From the NCBI RefSeq assembly GCF_016432865.1, contig NC_067398.1:649574001-649638000 (forward strand): a stretch of 64,000 bases of DNA, written 5' to 3'. This stretch comes from Antechinus flavipes. Lineage: Eukaryota. Positions within the stretch are counted from its first letter, which is position 1; each line of letters starts with the position of its first letter. The position numbers were made by a program, and so were the translations under genes. This document shows positions 38,690 through 51,400 of the stretch, in pieces. Under the pieces are notes generated by a model, which was given only the letters and a program-made list of their open reading frames with translations, had not been told where the DNA came from and made no database searches.

Positions 38690-39620
38690 CCTCCCGGAAC
38701 CCAGGCCGGGCACACCCCCAGGTCAAGCCCCGCCTACCGGAACTACAACTCCCAGGAGGCCGTGCGGCGCTGGAAAGCGAGAGGGAGGGAGGGGGTGGAG
38801 GCTTCTGGGAGCTGTAGTCCAGGGACAGCTACCGAGGCGTAGGCTATACCAACCTGGCTGGGACGTCCGGCTGCGGGGCACCAGGAAATCCAGGGGTCCG
38901 AGAGGCTCCTCAGTCCCTGGGGGCTACGACGCTGCGGCCTCCGCTCGGGCCGCGTTGTATCCGAGGAAAACTTCGCAACGACAGCCTTTTCCTCCGGGTC
39001 CCGCCCGCCTGCGCGGGCGACCTCCGCGACATGGCCCCACCGCCGACCCGGCTCCGGCTGCCTTCAGCGCCCGACAATGGTAACACTGCTCGAGACAGAC
39101 ACACAGAGGAATCCGCCTCCGCCTCCCTCAACCCCGAGAACAACAAGCGCCCGCTAGGCCCGGCCCCGCCCCCACCACGGATCTCGCTTTGATGATTGGG
39201 CTCTTCTTTTCCTCCCTAGACTGACTGACCTGTTCCCATTGGTAGAGGTCCCCGCCACTCATCACGTCCTTCATAGTTATTGGCTATTATTCCTGCTCGT
39301 CATTTTTTACAGCCTATGTGCCCGCTTCACTAATTAGTCTATTTTGTAGGGGAGCTTTCCTATTGGCGTAGTTTCCCTGCAGCGTCTTCAGACCCTGCCT
39401 TGTTTTTCATTGGTGGTCCCGCTTGCCATTCTTTTTCCCCTTGTTGTCTACCTTCCTCCCCCTTCTCCTTGTGCTCTAAGTACAGACTCCTCTCTGGGGA
39501 TGGGGAAGGACTAGAAAGGGGCGGAATTGGAAGGAGTGGGCTGGTCGCGCCTGCGGCTTGGACACTAGGAGACAAAGAATGCGAGGGGGAACCGAATGAC
39601 CATTGGCTGCCGCGGATGTT
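38690..39620 (-). promoter_or_regulatory. MAF1 CpG-island promoter / first exon region
   Basis: The region is CpG-dense, with a GC box at ~39162, six same-strand CCAAT boxes (39195-39606) and two ACTACA..TCCCAG motifs (38742, 38805). A strong minus-strand donor CAG|GTAAAG lies at 38550. The TSS near 39,150 is inferred. Confidence 0.7.
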
Positions 39621-41555
39621 AGTCTCGCCGCTCTCTTATACCGGCCTTCCGAAAGACCCTCCTCTCCCCTCCCCCCAAGCCTGGAGTCGGGCCGCAGGTG
39701 CTGGGAGGGTGCGTCCTGCTATCTCATCTCTCCCAGGTCCTCCTGGTGACCAGGAGCACGGCTCTGGCTTCATTCGGACCTCTTACCCTTGTCCTCGCTT
39801 ACTCTTTGGCTAAACCAGAATCATCCCTGTCATTAACTCCTTCCACTCCTACGCCTCTGCTGCTGAACTGAGCTGGAGGAGGTTCCTCACCTATAAAATG
39901 AGGGCCCCTAAGGTTCTTTCTAGCGCTAAGCCTATACCCTTACTTGGTCACCCAAGCTAGCTGGGCCGCTACGAATTTATATGCCGATTTCTACTGGAGC
40001 CTCCGCGGCTGAAGTCAATCAATCTTTGTATTCTTCCCCAATTGATTCTCCACCACGCTCCCCGCAGCAGGTGTCCAAAACTTTTCTCTCAAATGTGCCA
40101 CATTTCCATCTTGTCAGAAATGAACCTTGCCTCATTCTTCACTAAGAATTTGATTACCGTATCTATGCTGATTATTCTCGAGTCTACCTAATCAGCCCAT
40201 CTCTCTTCTGACCTTCAATCTCCTGTCTGCTTTTCAGACATCTGGACCTGGATGTCCAATGGCATTCCAAGTCTTTATAACCTCCCCCCTCCTGTCTCTC
40301 CAGTCTCCTTTCCGCCTTACTTCCTGAAATCTACTCTTCAATCCAGTGACGCCAGCCCCCGGGCTTTTTGACAAGCCTAACACTCCCATCTCTTACCACC
40401 CAGCGTTTTCTTTGTTCCCTTTACCTGGGACATTCTCCCTCCTCCTCTCTTACTATGTTCTTCCTTTAAGTCCCAATTAAAATCTCACCTTCTGCAGGAA
40501 GCCTTTCCCAGTCCCTCTTAATTCTAGTACCTGATCTCTATTAATTACTTTTTATGATATATGTATATATGTTGCTTTATATGTTTGTATGTTGTCTCCC
40601 TCATCAGATTATAAACTCATTGAAACAGGGACTAATTTTTGTCCCTTTTTCTAAGCGCAGCACTTAGTAAATGCTTGTTGTTTGTCTTTTGTTTTCAAAG
40701 AGGACCATTGAGTTCAGAGGGTGGTACCTTGACCTTATACATGCATAAGATTTAAGTGAGACAGATTTGCATGAAGTCATCAGCCTTAACCTCTCTTCCA
40801 AAGTCATAGAAGTCCCGTGGCAAAACAAAAGTCAAGAAGATGGGATGATCCGGGCATCGTCAACATCTGATCAATCTCTAAGCACTCCACGGCTGCTTTC
40901 ATGGATATTGGAATAAATCAGCCTGTTTTGCTAAGGGAAGTCTTCACATGCTTGGGGTAGATACCCCCTAACTCACCAATGAGTTTGAGACCTCATGGTC
41001 ACCCTCAATCTGGTTTAGCCCAGCTGCCAAGAATGGAGCCATCTTCCCTTCTGTCTACACCATCTGCTACTTCCAATAGCTGCCAGTCCCTGCTGCTTTG
41101 GACCTGCCTCTACTGTGCTCATCTTTACCATCTGTCTTGAAGGGCTATAGATTTGGAGAGCATTAGTTTACAGGGTTGGCTCCTCCCCCCCCCCACCCCC
41201 CACCCCAGTCCCTGCCATCAGCATGTTATTTTCCCTATTTTACAGATGAACAGCCCTGATTATACTAGGGATGCTAGTCCTTGAACATTGACTAAGAAAA
41301 TAGAAATTACTTGCAGTGAGTTCTTTCTGCTTCTTTATATTGCAAAACCTGTCATCTTCCCCCATTCACTCCTCTTTTATTCCAGTTCTAATTATAATAT
41401 GGTCTTTCTGTGCACTGGCGCCTGAGTCCAAAAACCTAGATCTGAGCCCCTAATCTGTCACTAACTAGTTTTCTTAGCCTCAGTTTATCTATCTGTAAAA
41501 TGTGTGTGTTATAGTCCTTGTATTCTGTTCTGGGGAGAACATTCTTATGTATATA

Positions 41556-41558
<3 letters not shown>

Positions 41559-41600
<42 letters not shown>
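41559..41600. repeat. (GT)21 microsatellite
   Basis: Directly visible. Confidence 0.97.
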
Positions 41601-41602
<2 letters not shown>

Positions 41603-41924
41603 CATTATATCATCCTTATATTTAAATATATGGATCTCATTGCCTAATAAAGAAAATTCAAACCCCTTAACCTCTGTAAATTCTTGTCATCTATTTGCAT
41701 TATCATTATTTTCCCTCTGGGTTATTTTGTTGTTCTTGCTGCGGATTGATAATGATAAATAATTCTGAGAAAGATAAACTGGGGGAAAATAAAAATTTAT
41801 TTTAAAAAATTTTTTATTTAAGCTTTTTATTTTCAAAACATATGCATGGATAATTTTTCAATAATGACCCTTGGAAAACCTTGTGTTCCAAATTTTCCTG
41901 GCAAGTAATCCAATATATGTTAAA

Positions 41925-42910
41925 CATGTTAAAAAATATATATGTTATGAACTGATCTGAGTGAAATGAGCAGGACCAGGAGATTATTATATACTTCAAC
42001 AACAATACTATATGATGATCAATTCTGATGGACATGGCCATCTTCAACAATGAAATGAACCAAATCAGTTCCAATAGAGCAGTAATGAATTGAACTAGCT
42101 ACACTCAGTGAAAAAACTCTGGGAGATTACTATGAATCACTACATAGAATTCCCAATCCCTCTATTTTTGTCTGCTTGAATTTTTTATTTCCTTCACAGG
42201 CTAATTGTACAATATTTCAAAGTCTGATTCTTTCTGTACAGCAAAATAACTATTTGGACATGTATACATGTTTTGTATTTAATTTAGACTTTAACATATT
42301 TAACATGTATTGGTCAACCTGCCATCTGGGGGAAGGGGTCGGGGGAAGGAGGAGAAAAGTTGGAACAAAAAGTTTTGCAATTGTTAGTGCTGAAAAATTA
42401 CCCATTCATATATCTTGTAAATAAAAAGCTATAATAAAAATATATATGTATATATATATATATGTTATATGAAAAGGTGCTCTAAATCATTATTGATCAG
42501 AGAAATGCAAATTCAAATAACTCTGAGATACTGATATACACCTCTCAGATTGGCTAAGATGATGGGAAAAGATGTTGGAGAGAATGTGGGAAAACTGGGA
42601 CACTAATACATTGTTGGTGGAATTGTGGAGGCATACAACCATTCTGGAGAGCAATTTGGAATTATGCCCAAAGGGCTATCAAAATGTGCATACCTTTTGA
42701 TCCAGCAGTTTTTCTACTGGGCATATATCCCAAAGAAATAGGGATCTCAAAGAGAAAGGGAAAGGGACCCACATATGCAAGAATGTTTATGGCAGCCCTT
42801 TTTGTAGTGGCCAGAAACTGGAAACTGAGTGGATGCCCATCATTGGAAAATGTCTGAATAAGTTATGGTATATGAATGTTATGGGATATTATTGTTCGAT
42901 TAGAAATGAA
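41925..42910 (+). mobile_element. Older LINE-1 fragments: 3' UTR piece 41925-42440 and ORF2 C-terminal piece 42460-42910
   Basis: Clear but diverged similarity to the L1 at 17150-18050 (e.g. ATTGATCAGAGAAATGCAAATT, CCATTCTGGAGAGCAATTTGGAATTATGCCC, GAAATGAGCAGGACCAGGAG). Confidence 0.85.
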
Positions 42911-45900
42911 CAAGTAGGACTAGGGGAGGAGGAGCCAAGGCTGTAAACCAATGCTGCCCAAATCCACAGCATTTTAAGACAGAAAAGACTTAGAAAAGTA
43001 ATATAACTCAGAGCACAGTTAGTAAGTGAGAGGGTAAAGATAAGTACATAAGAGGCAGACCCAAAGCAGCAGGGACTGGCAGCTATCGGAAGTGGGTGAT
43101 GGTGTAGACAGTAGGAAAGGGCTCCATTCTTGCAACTTCTAGTCTTCTCATTCCCTTTCTATGACCTACATAGGTCACAGAGTTTTGGAGGAATTTTGGA
43201 AGATGGCTATACAGAAGGTTTTATGTAGAAACTTCAGCCATTTGTTTTCTTTCATTTTTTTCTGTGTTAATTATGTGGCCTAAGCATGCTGAATATCTGT
43301 GTCCTGTAAGTGTGGAGGTATTTTGACAGAGATACACAGTAGTGATAGCCATACATATCCTGTTTTTAATGATCTCGATCAACATTGCATAATATCTATT
43401 CATTTCAATGCCAAAATCAGCCTATATGGTCTTTAAACTGCTCAGCTAATCAGACCCTTCTTGATCTTGTACTTCTCAGACATATGTAAGGGAGACTCCA
43501 ATAAGTCCACTTAGCTGGTCACTGGAAGAGAATACCACCTGGTGGATACCTCAGGCATGGTACACCCTCAGTTGATAATGTAATATGAGTCTTTTTCCTT
43601 TTTTCCTCCCCCCCCCCCTTTAATATCTTTGGAATATAGGCTAGTTGTGCTTTTGTGGGGCTGAAGGGTATCCAAAGTTTTACTTTTATAGTTCTAAACT
43701 GTTTTCCAGCAGGGCTAGACCAACCAGTTCATAGCTCTACAGACAAATGGATTAAATGTTTTCCCTTAAGTCCTCCATCCAAGTGACTTCTGTCATTAGT
43801 CTTTTTGCATTTCTTCTCTTTTCATCTCTGTGGAGACTCTAGGACTTGGGAGGTTTCCACCAGACAAATAGAGAAATCTCTGTGAGATACTCCCCCAGAA
43901 GTGACACTGTCCTTATTGTCTCTAGGAAGGAGAGGGAACAAGACAACAAAGGAGCTTTGGGGACAAGCCACACACCAGGAAGGGAGAAAGATAATCTGTA
44001 TGCTGAAAGCTACCATTTTCCTCGTGGCTTCCTTCCACTGACTTTTAGTTTCTGGAATTACATGAGGGAAATAGGAGTGAGCTCGAGAAAAGAAAATCCA
44101 GAATTCCTGAGACTACTGGTTCTTGTAACTTCTCTTGGGATGGTGAGCTGGGAAATGGATCTTTCTTACCATCTACCTTGCTTTCCTGGCTTCTAGTACA
44201 TGAATCTAAGAGAGTGAACATCCCTTTCCTTCATCCCTTTCCTATGGGCTATGGGGAAGTGTGGTTTCAGCCTCTCCCTTATTTACACCCAGTGTTTTGG
44301 GAAAACATGTTTGTCCTTCATTCTCAAAGAGCACCAAAATGACATCATTATGTTAGAATTGAGTTTAAGAGTGTCCAACTGCGGCTGATCAGATCAATAC
44401 AAGCTCGGGATGCTCTGCCACAGGTTGGACAAATAGTCCTTAGGAACATTTGGGAGGACTCTCTAACTTTGCAAATCTCCCATCTCTTCTGAGCTAATTC
44501 AATGCTGTTTTGTTCATAAAGCATAGCACCTTCTCTAATGAGAGCACACCCTTCTGGGGTTCCTGTGCCAGTATCTTCCCTGTCCTACAATCAGTTCTCA
44601 AATTCTTAAGGGAAACCTCGAGAGAGTCCTTGTATTGCTTTTTCTGACTAACCTGTGAATGATTGCCATGTGTAAGCTCTCCATGGGAGGGCATGAATGA
44701 CTGACTGACCAGTTAAAATACTGAGTCCTTAGCTTGGCGATCAAAATTCTCTGCAAGATGACTTCACTCTATATGATTTCCATATTTTCAACTACTTCCC
44801 TACCTGAGGCAGTATGAGCAACTACAAGAACACAAGATGGTGTCATTGACTGAAATAAGGAAGTCAAAAGCCAAGGCAAAGTAATTTTGTATAATAATTG
44901 TCTAGGTTTATGTCATCCCTCTGTGAGATTCATGAAGAAAGGGACCAGATCTTTTCACAAGATCTCATGGGAGAAATCTGTACTTGATCAACAGTCCCTT
45001 CCACAACATTGCTGACAAACGGTCATACAACCTCTGAAGACCTCCCAATGAGGGGGAGTATCTTTAATTATTATTATAATACCTATCATTTATATAGTGC
45101 TTTAAGGTTTGTAAAACACTTTACAAATATTATCTCATTTGAGCCTCACAAAAACCCTGAGAAGCAAAGACTGTTTTTATCCCCATTTTTCAGATAAAGA
45201 TAGACAATAGATGAATTGTCAAAGATTATACAACTAGTAAGTATTAGAGGCTGAATTTGAACTGGGTATTTCTGATTCTAATACCCAAGCTCCATACACT
45301 CCAGTAGCTAGTTGTCTTTCTAGCTCAAATCTCTCCCCCAACTTCACTTCATCTTCCACCTAATGCTCAAAGTGATTGTCCTAAAACACAGATGCGGTAT
45401 CACATTCATGCGCAATGATTCTATTACTCTTAGGAGCGAATATAAAATTGTCTGACATTTAAATCTCTTCACAACCTCACCAATTCTTCCCTTCTCAAAC
45501 TTTCTTCTTACACATTAATTCCTATCCCCATTGCCCTAACCAAATGCATCTTGTGACCTAGCCTGATCCATATTCAGGACACATGATGCTCCATGGCCTG
45601 ATTCTTCATGCTTTGCACTGGTTTGGCCAATAGCAATGCTTAGAGTTTAGTCCCTCTTTATTGTTGGAATTGCTGGTTTTCTTTAAGACTCAGTTCAATC
45701 ACCATTTTCTACATGAAGCTTTCCCTGATCAAGTGTTCTTCCTTGTGTTGTTCTACCACCTCCACCATCACCCCATCATCCTAAGCTGCCTTATCTTCAT
45801 TTCACATGTATTATATATATTATTAAATATGTGTAATGGAGTAGGAGAGTGTTCTACACACTCCACACCTTAGCAGCTTGCTAAGGGATATGCCTGTCCT

Positions 45901-47929
45901 GTCCCAGGTGATGGGTCAAATTAGATTGGACACTGAGCCAGGAAAAGCTACTCACTCAATATCCTTCAAAGGAAGAGACAACTTTTCTTGGCTCCCTTCT
46001 TTGCATTAACAAAAAATAATAATTAATTTGAGTCCAATCCATTTAATTGTGTTATTGATGAATGAACATCTATCTCTCCATATTTTCTACAAGAGAATAG
46101 TAAGAGATATTGTCTCAAATAGTTTCCTATAATCTAGATTAAATTAAAGCTATAGCATTTTCCTGATCTATAGTTAAGCAATTATTTTCAAAAAAGGAAA
46201 TGTTACTCTGAAAAAAGCTGTTCTTTAAAAATAATTTTATTGACTACTTTGTTTCTTATATAATTTTCATTTCTAAATATGTATATAAATACAAAAGCTC
46301 AACATATACTCAACACATACAAATATATTCATATGCATATCTATGTGTATGCATATGTGGATATTGCCCTAATGAGACATCTTTTAAACCAGCAATTAAA
46401 AAAGAAATAATAGTTCAGCAAAACCAGTAATTTGAATGTGTGTGGTGGTGTATATATATGATATTCTACACCCACAGAGCTGTTTTTGGTAAAGCAATTC
46501 TGGCCACTATAAACACCTTTTCTAGGGGTTGTCTAATGACCTATTTCCCATGATCTAGGTACTCTAGATTCTCCCAAACTTGTGCAAGAAGGCTCACTCA
46601 TGGATGACTTCAGTGGAAAAAAACTGTATCATGATGGTTAGCTATACCTAGATGAAGTCAATATAGAGTGATCAGAGCTTGACTTATACAACCTTGCTCC
46701 TGATACAAACATGAGATACGAATTTTTACCATCCTCAGCGTTTCCAGTAACTATATAGGGATATGAATAATTTAAATAATTCATAAATATACTCATGTTT
46801 TGACCTCTATACAATGAGGATTCTAATCAGTTGGTTAGCTAAATAAACATTTATTAAGTATCTACTCTAAGAACTGTTGATAAATAGAAAGATTAAAAAA
46901 AAATTTCCAGCTGTCAAGGAGCTTATAATCAAAAAGGAGAGATCATAACTATGTACAAATAAAATATATCTGTATCTAAATTAAGTTGGAAATAACCAAA
47001 AGAGAGAAGGGACTAGACTTAGAAGGACTGAGACTTAATGGAAGCCAGGGAAGTCAAGAAGTGGAAATAAGAGCTTGCCATTGGAGCTTGGCAATGAAAA
47101 CACCCTGAATCAGGAGATGGAGTCATCTTGCTCCAAAAACAGTACCACTGAATTCTACGGCACATGATAGAAAGTGGTATAACATGTAAGGAGACTGGAC
47201 GGATGTGTGTACAGGAAGACAAGGTTAATAAGGACGTTTATATTTGATCCAGCAGGTGATAGGGAGCCACTGCAGTTTATTGAGCTGGAAGAGTAGATAA
47301 AGTACCAGACCCGGAATCAGGAAAACCTGACTCAGACACTTACTAGTTTGTGTGATCCTGGAAAAGTCACTTATTCTCTGTTGGCCTCAGCTTTCTTATC
47401 TATAAAATAGGGATAATGACTGATGCCCTAGACGAAAAGTACTTAAATTTGATTTGTAACCTCATATGGGGTAGTGTAACAGAATGGGTGGGGAGGGGTT
47501 TGCAAAATTATAATTTATTATTAGTATATGCTTGCTTTGTATAACTATTTTTATATATCTATATATGTGGGGTAGTGTAAAAAATTTTTTAGTGAAACAA
47601 GATTGCAAGTGGAAAAAGTTTAAGAAGCCCTGCCCTAGCCAATAATAGGAAAGTTATAGTGAGGGGAAAGTCTGAGGGGAAAAAAGAAGGAGTTTAATTT
47701 TGGACAAATTGAGTTTAAGATGTCTATGGGACATCCACTTGATAGTGGCAATTGGAGAGACAACAGTTGGAGATGATAGCCTAGAGGGTAGTGAATTTAG
47801 AGCTGGATTACTAGATCTAAGAACCATCAACACAGAAAAAAGAATTAAATCCAAGGGATTTGATGAGATCAAGAAAAATAATATAGAAGCATAAGAAAAG
47901 ACCATGATCACCCTTTGGAACACCCATAT

Positions 47930-48530
47930 TTTTTGTTTTGTCTTGTTTTTAATAGTATTTTATTTTTCCAAATACATGCAAAGATGTATTCAGCATTCAT
48001 CTTTGTAAAATCTTGTGTTCAAAATTTTTCTTTTTTTTCTCTTTCCCCTTTCCCCTCCTTAAGACAGCAAGCAATACAAATTAAACATGTGTAATTTTTC
48101 TAAACCCATTTCCTTATTTATCATGCTGTGCAAAAAAATAAATAAATAAATAAATAAATAAAAATCAAGCAAGCAAACCACCATCAATAAAAAGTGAAAA
48201 TACTATGCTTTGATCCACATTCAGGTTCATAGCTTTCTCTCTAGATGTAAATGGCACTTTCCATTGCAAGGCTATCGAAATTACCTTAAATCACCTCATA
48301 ATTGAAAAAAGTCAAGTCTATCACAGCTGATTATCACGTACAACTGTGTGCAGTGTTCTCCTGATTCTGCTCATTTTACTCAGCATCAGTTAGTGTAAGT
48401 CTCTCCAGGCCTTTCTGAAATCAGCCTGCTGATCGTTTCTTATAGAACAATAATATTCTATAACTTTCATATAACATCACTTATTCAGCCATCCCCCAAC
48501 TGATGGACATGCACATAATTTCCATGGACC
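47930..48530 (-). mobile_element. Old LINE-1 3' end fragment
   Basis: Reverse-complement similarity to the L1 ORF2 end and 3' UTR, with a T-rich tail at the left end. Confidence 0.7.
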
Positions 48531-50149
48531 ACCCATGGTTAACAGGAATGACATGGCTGAAGATGCAGCAAAGAAGGCTAAGAAGGAGCAGTCAGATAGG
48601 GAGAACCCTAGAGCAGTGCAATTTAGCCCTACAAGGTTGGAGAGATAGGAAATAATCACTAGAAATGATGCCCAGAATCAAGTGAGGATTGTTTGAGGAT
48701 GTGGGAGACATGGGCATGTTTGTAGGCAGTCCAGTAGCAACTAGAAAGGAAAAGATGGAAGATAAGTAAGAGAATAGGGAGGATAGGAGGGGAAATCTGC
48801 TGTTGAAGACAATGGAATCACTTTCCTATGTAGTCTGAAAAAGATTATTTGCTCACACACATGTGTATGTGCATCTATGTACATGTACAAATATAAAATG
48901 TATGTGTTTGTATGTAGGCGTCAGTCTTGTGTCTGGTTTTCCATAGGTACAAATATAAAGCACATGTGTGTGTCAGTCTTATATGTGGTTTTCTATAGGT
49001 ATGCTTAAAGATTGCACACAGCATTTTAGTTCAAAGGTACAACATGCCTTTCCATTTCCTTATAATTCCCAAATAGGTGAAGCTGCTGATCTCGTGGCTA
49101 AAACACTAGAAGATTTGTGGTTGAGTAACTTTGGGGTGTTCTCTCCCAGTCTTAAAGTGTCTTTCTTTAGCACTTTTAAAAATTATTATTTTTGGAAGAC
49201 CTGGTAATTAAAAAAAATCTCCACCTTAGAGTGGAATATTCAAGTCACCTCAGACAAGTCAAAGAATCTCAGAATTTGAGAGTTGGGACTTTAGCAGCCA
49301 TCTAGTTGAACCTATGTGGAAAAATAAGTATTATAACATGCAAGTGGCTATCCAGCCTTGGCTGGAAGATCTCTGGTGATGAGTCCAGCACTTCTTGGAT
49401 GGGCGTGAATTCATTCCAATTTTGGACAATTAGTTAGGAAGTTTTTCCTGACAGTTAAACAAATTGTTTAACTTTTACTTAACTTATTTAACGTAACTAA
49501 TTGTTTAACTTTTGTTCCCAGTTCTGTCCTCTTTCTCCTAGCTGAGTCTTCTCTTCTCCAGCCTATATATCAGTCAATCAGCAATCAAGAAGCATCATTG
49601 ACTTCAGCACTTGCTGATGTGCCAGGCACTGTGCAAACCTAATTTATTCATCATCTGTCTTCATATTACATGAACTCAAGATTCTTGATCCCAGTGGTTG
49701 TCTCTCCTTTAGACATTCCAGTTTAGAAAAATCCTTTTTAAACAATTGTACAAGAACTGAATACAATGCTACAGCTGTAGTGATTCTGAGTAGGTCAGAG
49801 TACAAAAGGAGTCTCACCTCTTTAATTCTGGAGGCTCGCTATCTTCCTTAGTGCAGTCTAAGACCAAATTCGCCTTCTAGGCCACCATACTTTACTGCCA
49901 ATTCATAATAATGTAGGGCTCCCCTAATTCTGTCCTGGTGATGTTCATTTCTGAACCCCGGTGTGAACCTTTACATTTAGCCCTACTGAACTGCATTCTT
50001 AATAGAGTTAGCCCAATGCTCCAGCCTGCCAAGATATTCCTGAATCTTGATATTTTCCTCCCAGCTTTGGGTCATCTGCAAATTTGATGAGGAGACCATC
50101 CCTGCCTTTGTCCACATCGATGATAAAACTATGAAGCAGCCCACGGCCT

Positions 50150-51400
50150 AGGACAGAATCCTGGGTCACCAGGATAGACCTCCCGCCACTTTGCAGTAGC
50201 CGTCCAGGGAGGAGGGGTGGGGGTGGGGCACCCCTTTGTCGTTTTCTGAACATTCGAGAAACAACTGAGACGGAAGTTAACCTGCAGATAAAGTCCCAAA
50301 GCCTTACAAGTGAGCGTTAAGAGTCGGGAGGCGGGGATCCACGAGGGATAGGGGACGCTACGAATAGAGCTTCCGAATCAGGCAACAGGAAGCCCTGAGT
50401 GCAAATTCTGATTTAGATACGTAGTTCTGTGACGCTAGATAAATTGCCTAGCCTTTATTTTGTTGTTGTTATTGTTGTTGTTGTTAGCATTTCACACAAG
50501 CATTAGGAAATGTAGCTGCAGCAAAGTTGCATCCGCTCCCTCAGAATCCGCACCCAACCCTGGGCCCCCAGTCCTTCGCGTCTCAGGCCTCCTTTCAGTG
50601 GTACAGCCTGCCCTTCCCCCCCATCATTGTAATTGGTATAGTCCTCCAGCTCCTTCAGGGAAGCGGCCCGACCGCATCACTTGGCTTAGCCCTCCCACGC
50701 CTGCGGATCAGTGATAGACTCCTCCCTGCTTTTCCCCCGCCGCCCTAAGCTTGGTACAGTCCTGACCCTGCCCGTGGCTTTGACCGCCCGTTCCTTCGCC
50801 CCTCTCCTAGGCCGGCGCGCGGCACGGAGCAGGTCCTCTCCCCGGCGCCGACCGCGGTGATGGCGCCGCCTGCAGGCGGGGGCGAGGAGGTGGGCGCATC
50901 GCTAGAAGAGACGGCGGTGCTTGTGGAAGTGCGGGGCCTGGGACCCGAGTCTGGGGCGGGTCCGAGTCCCGGTCCTGATGGACTGTGGCGGCTGCAGCTG
51001 AGCGCCGAGGCCTCAAGGCCGGGGCACTTCCGCCTGGTGCTCCAGGGCTCTGGGAGCTCTCCCGGGGTGAGCGCAACTCGGGGCCAGGAGAGAGGACTGG
51101 GGAAGTTGGGGAGAAGTAGCTGAGCGAGGAGGAGCCCGGAGTCGGGGGAGGGCACTGACCTGAGTTGCGTCTTGCCGTGATTGGCCTTCCAGGAGGGCTT
51201 TCAGTGGTCTCTGGAATCCGTGGCTTGCACCAGCCGTGGCCCTCGTGAGTTGGAGCTACAGCCACCCCAGGAAGGGCCCGGGCCGGGTGTTCTGACGCTG
51301 TGCTTCCGCGACCCTCAAGACGCCCAGCGCTGGAGTGCGATGCTGGAGAAAGCCCGAGACCTTGGGGGCACAGGTCTGTTCAGAAGGCGAGACCCTGGGA
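50150..51400 (+). promoter_or_regulatory. SHARPIN CpG island / promoter
   Basis: CpG-rich sequence surrounds exons 1-2, and an ETS-like ACGGAAGT lies at ~50271. Confidence 0.6.

Noticed and set aside
43180-43225. Minus-strand peptide YSHLPKFL resembling a WDR97 C-terminal motif
   Set aside because: It is a six-residue match on the wrong side of the gene (upstream of MAF1), with no supporting flanks, so probably chance.
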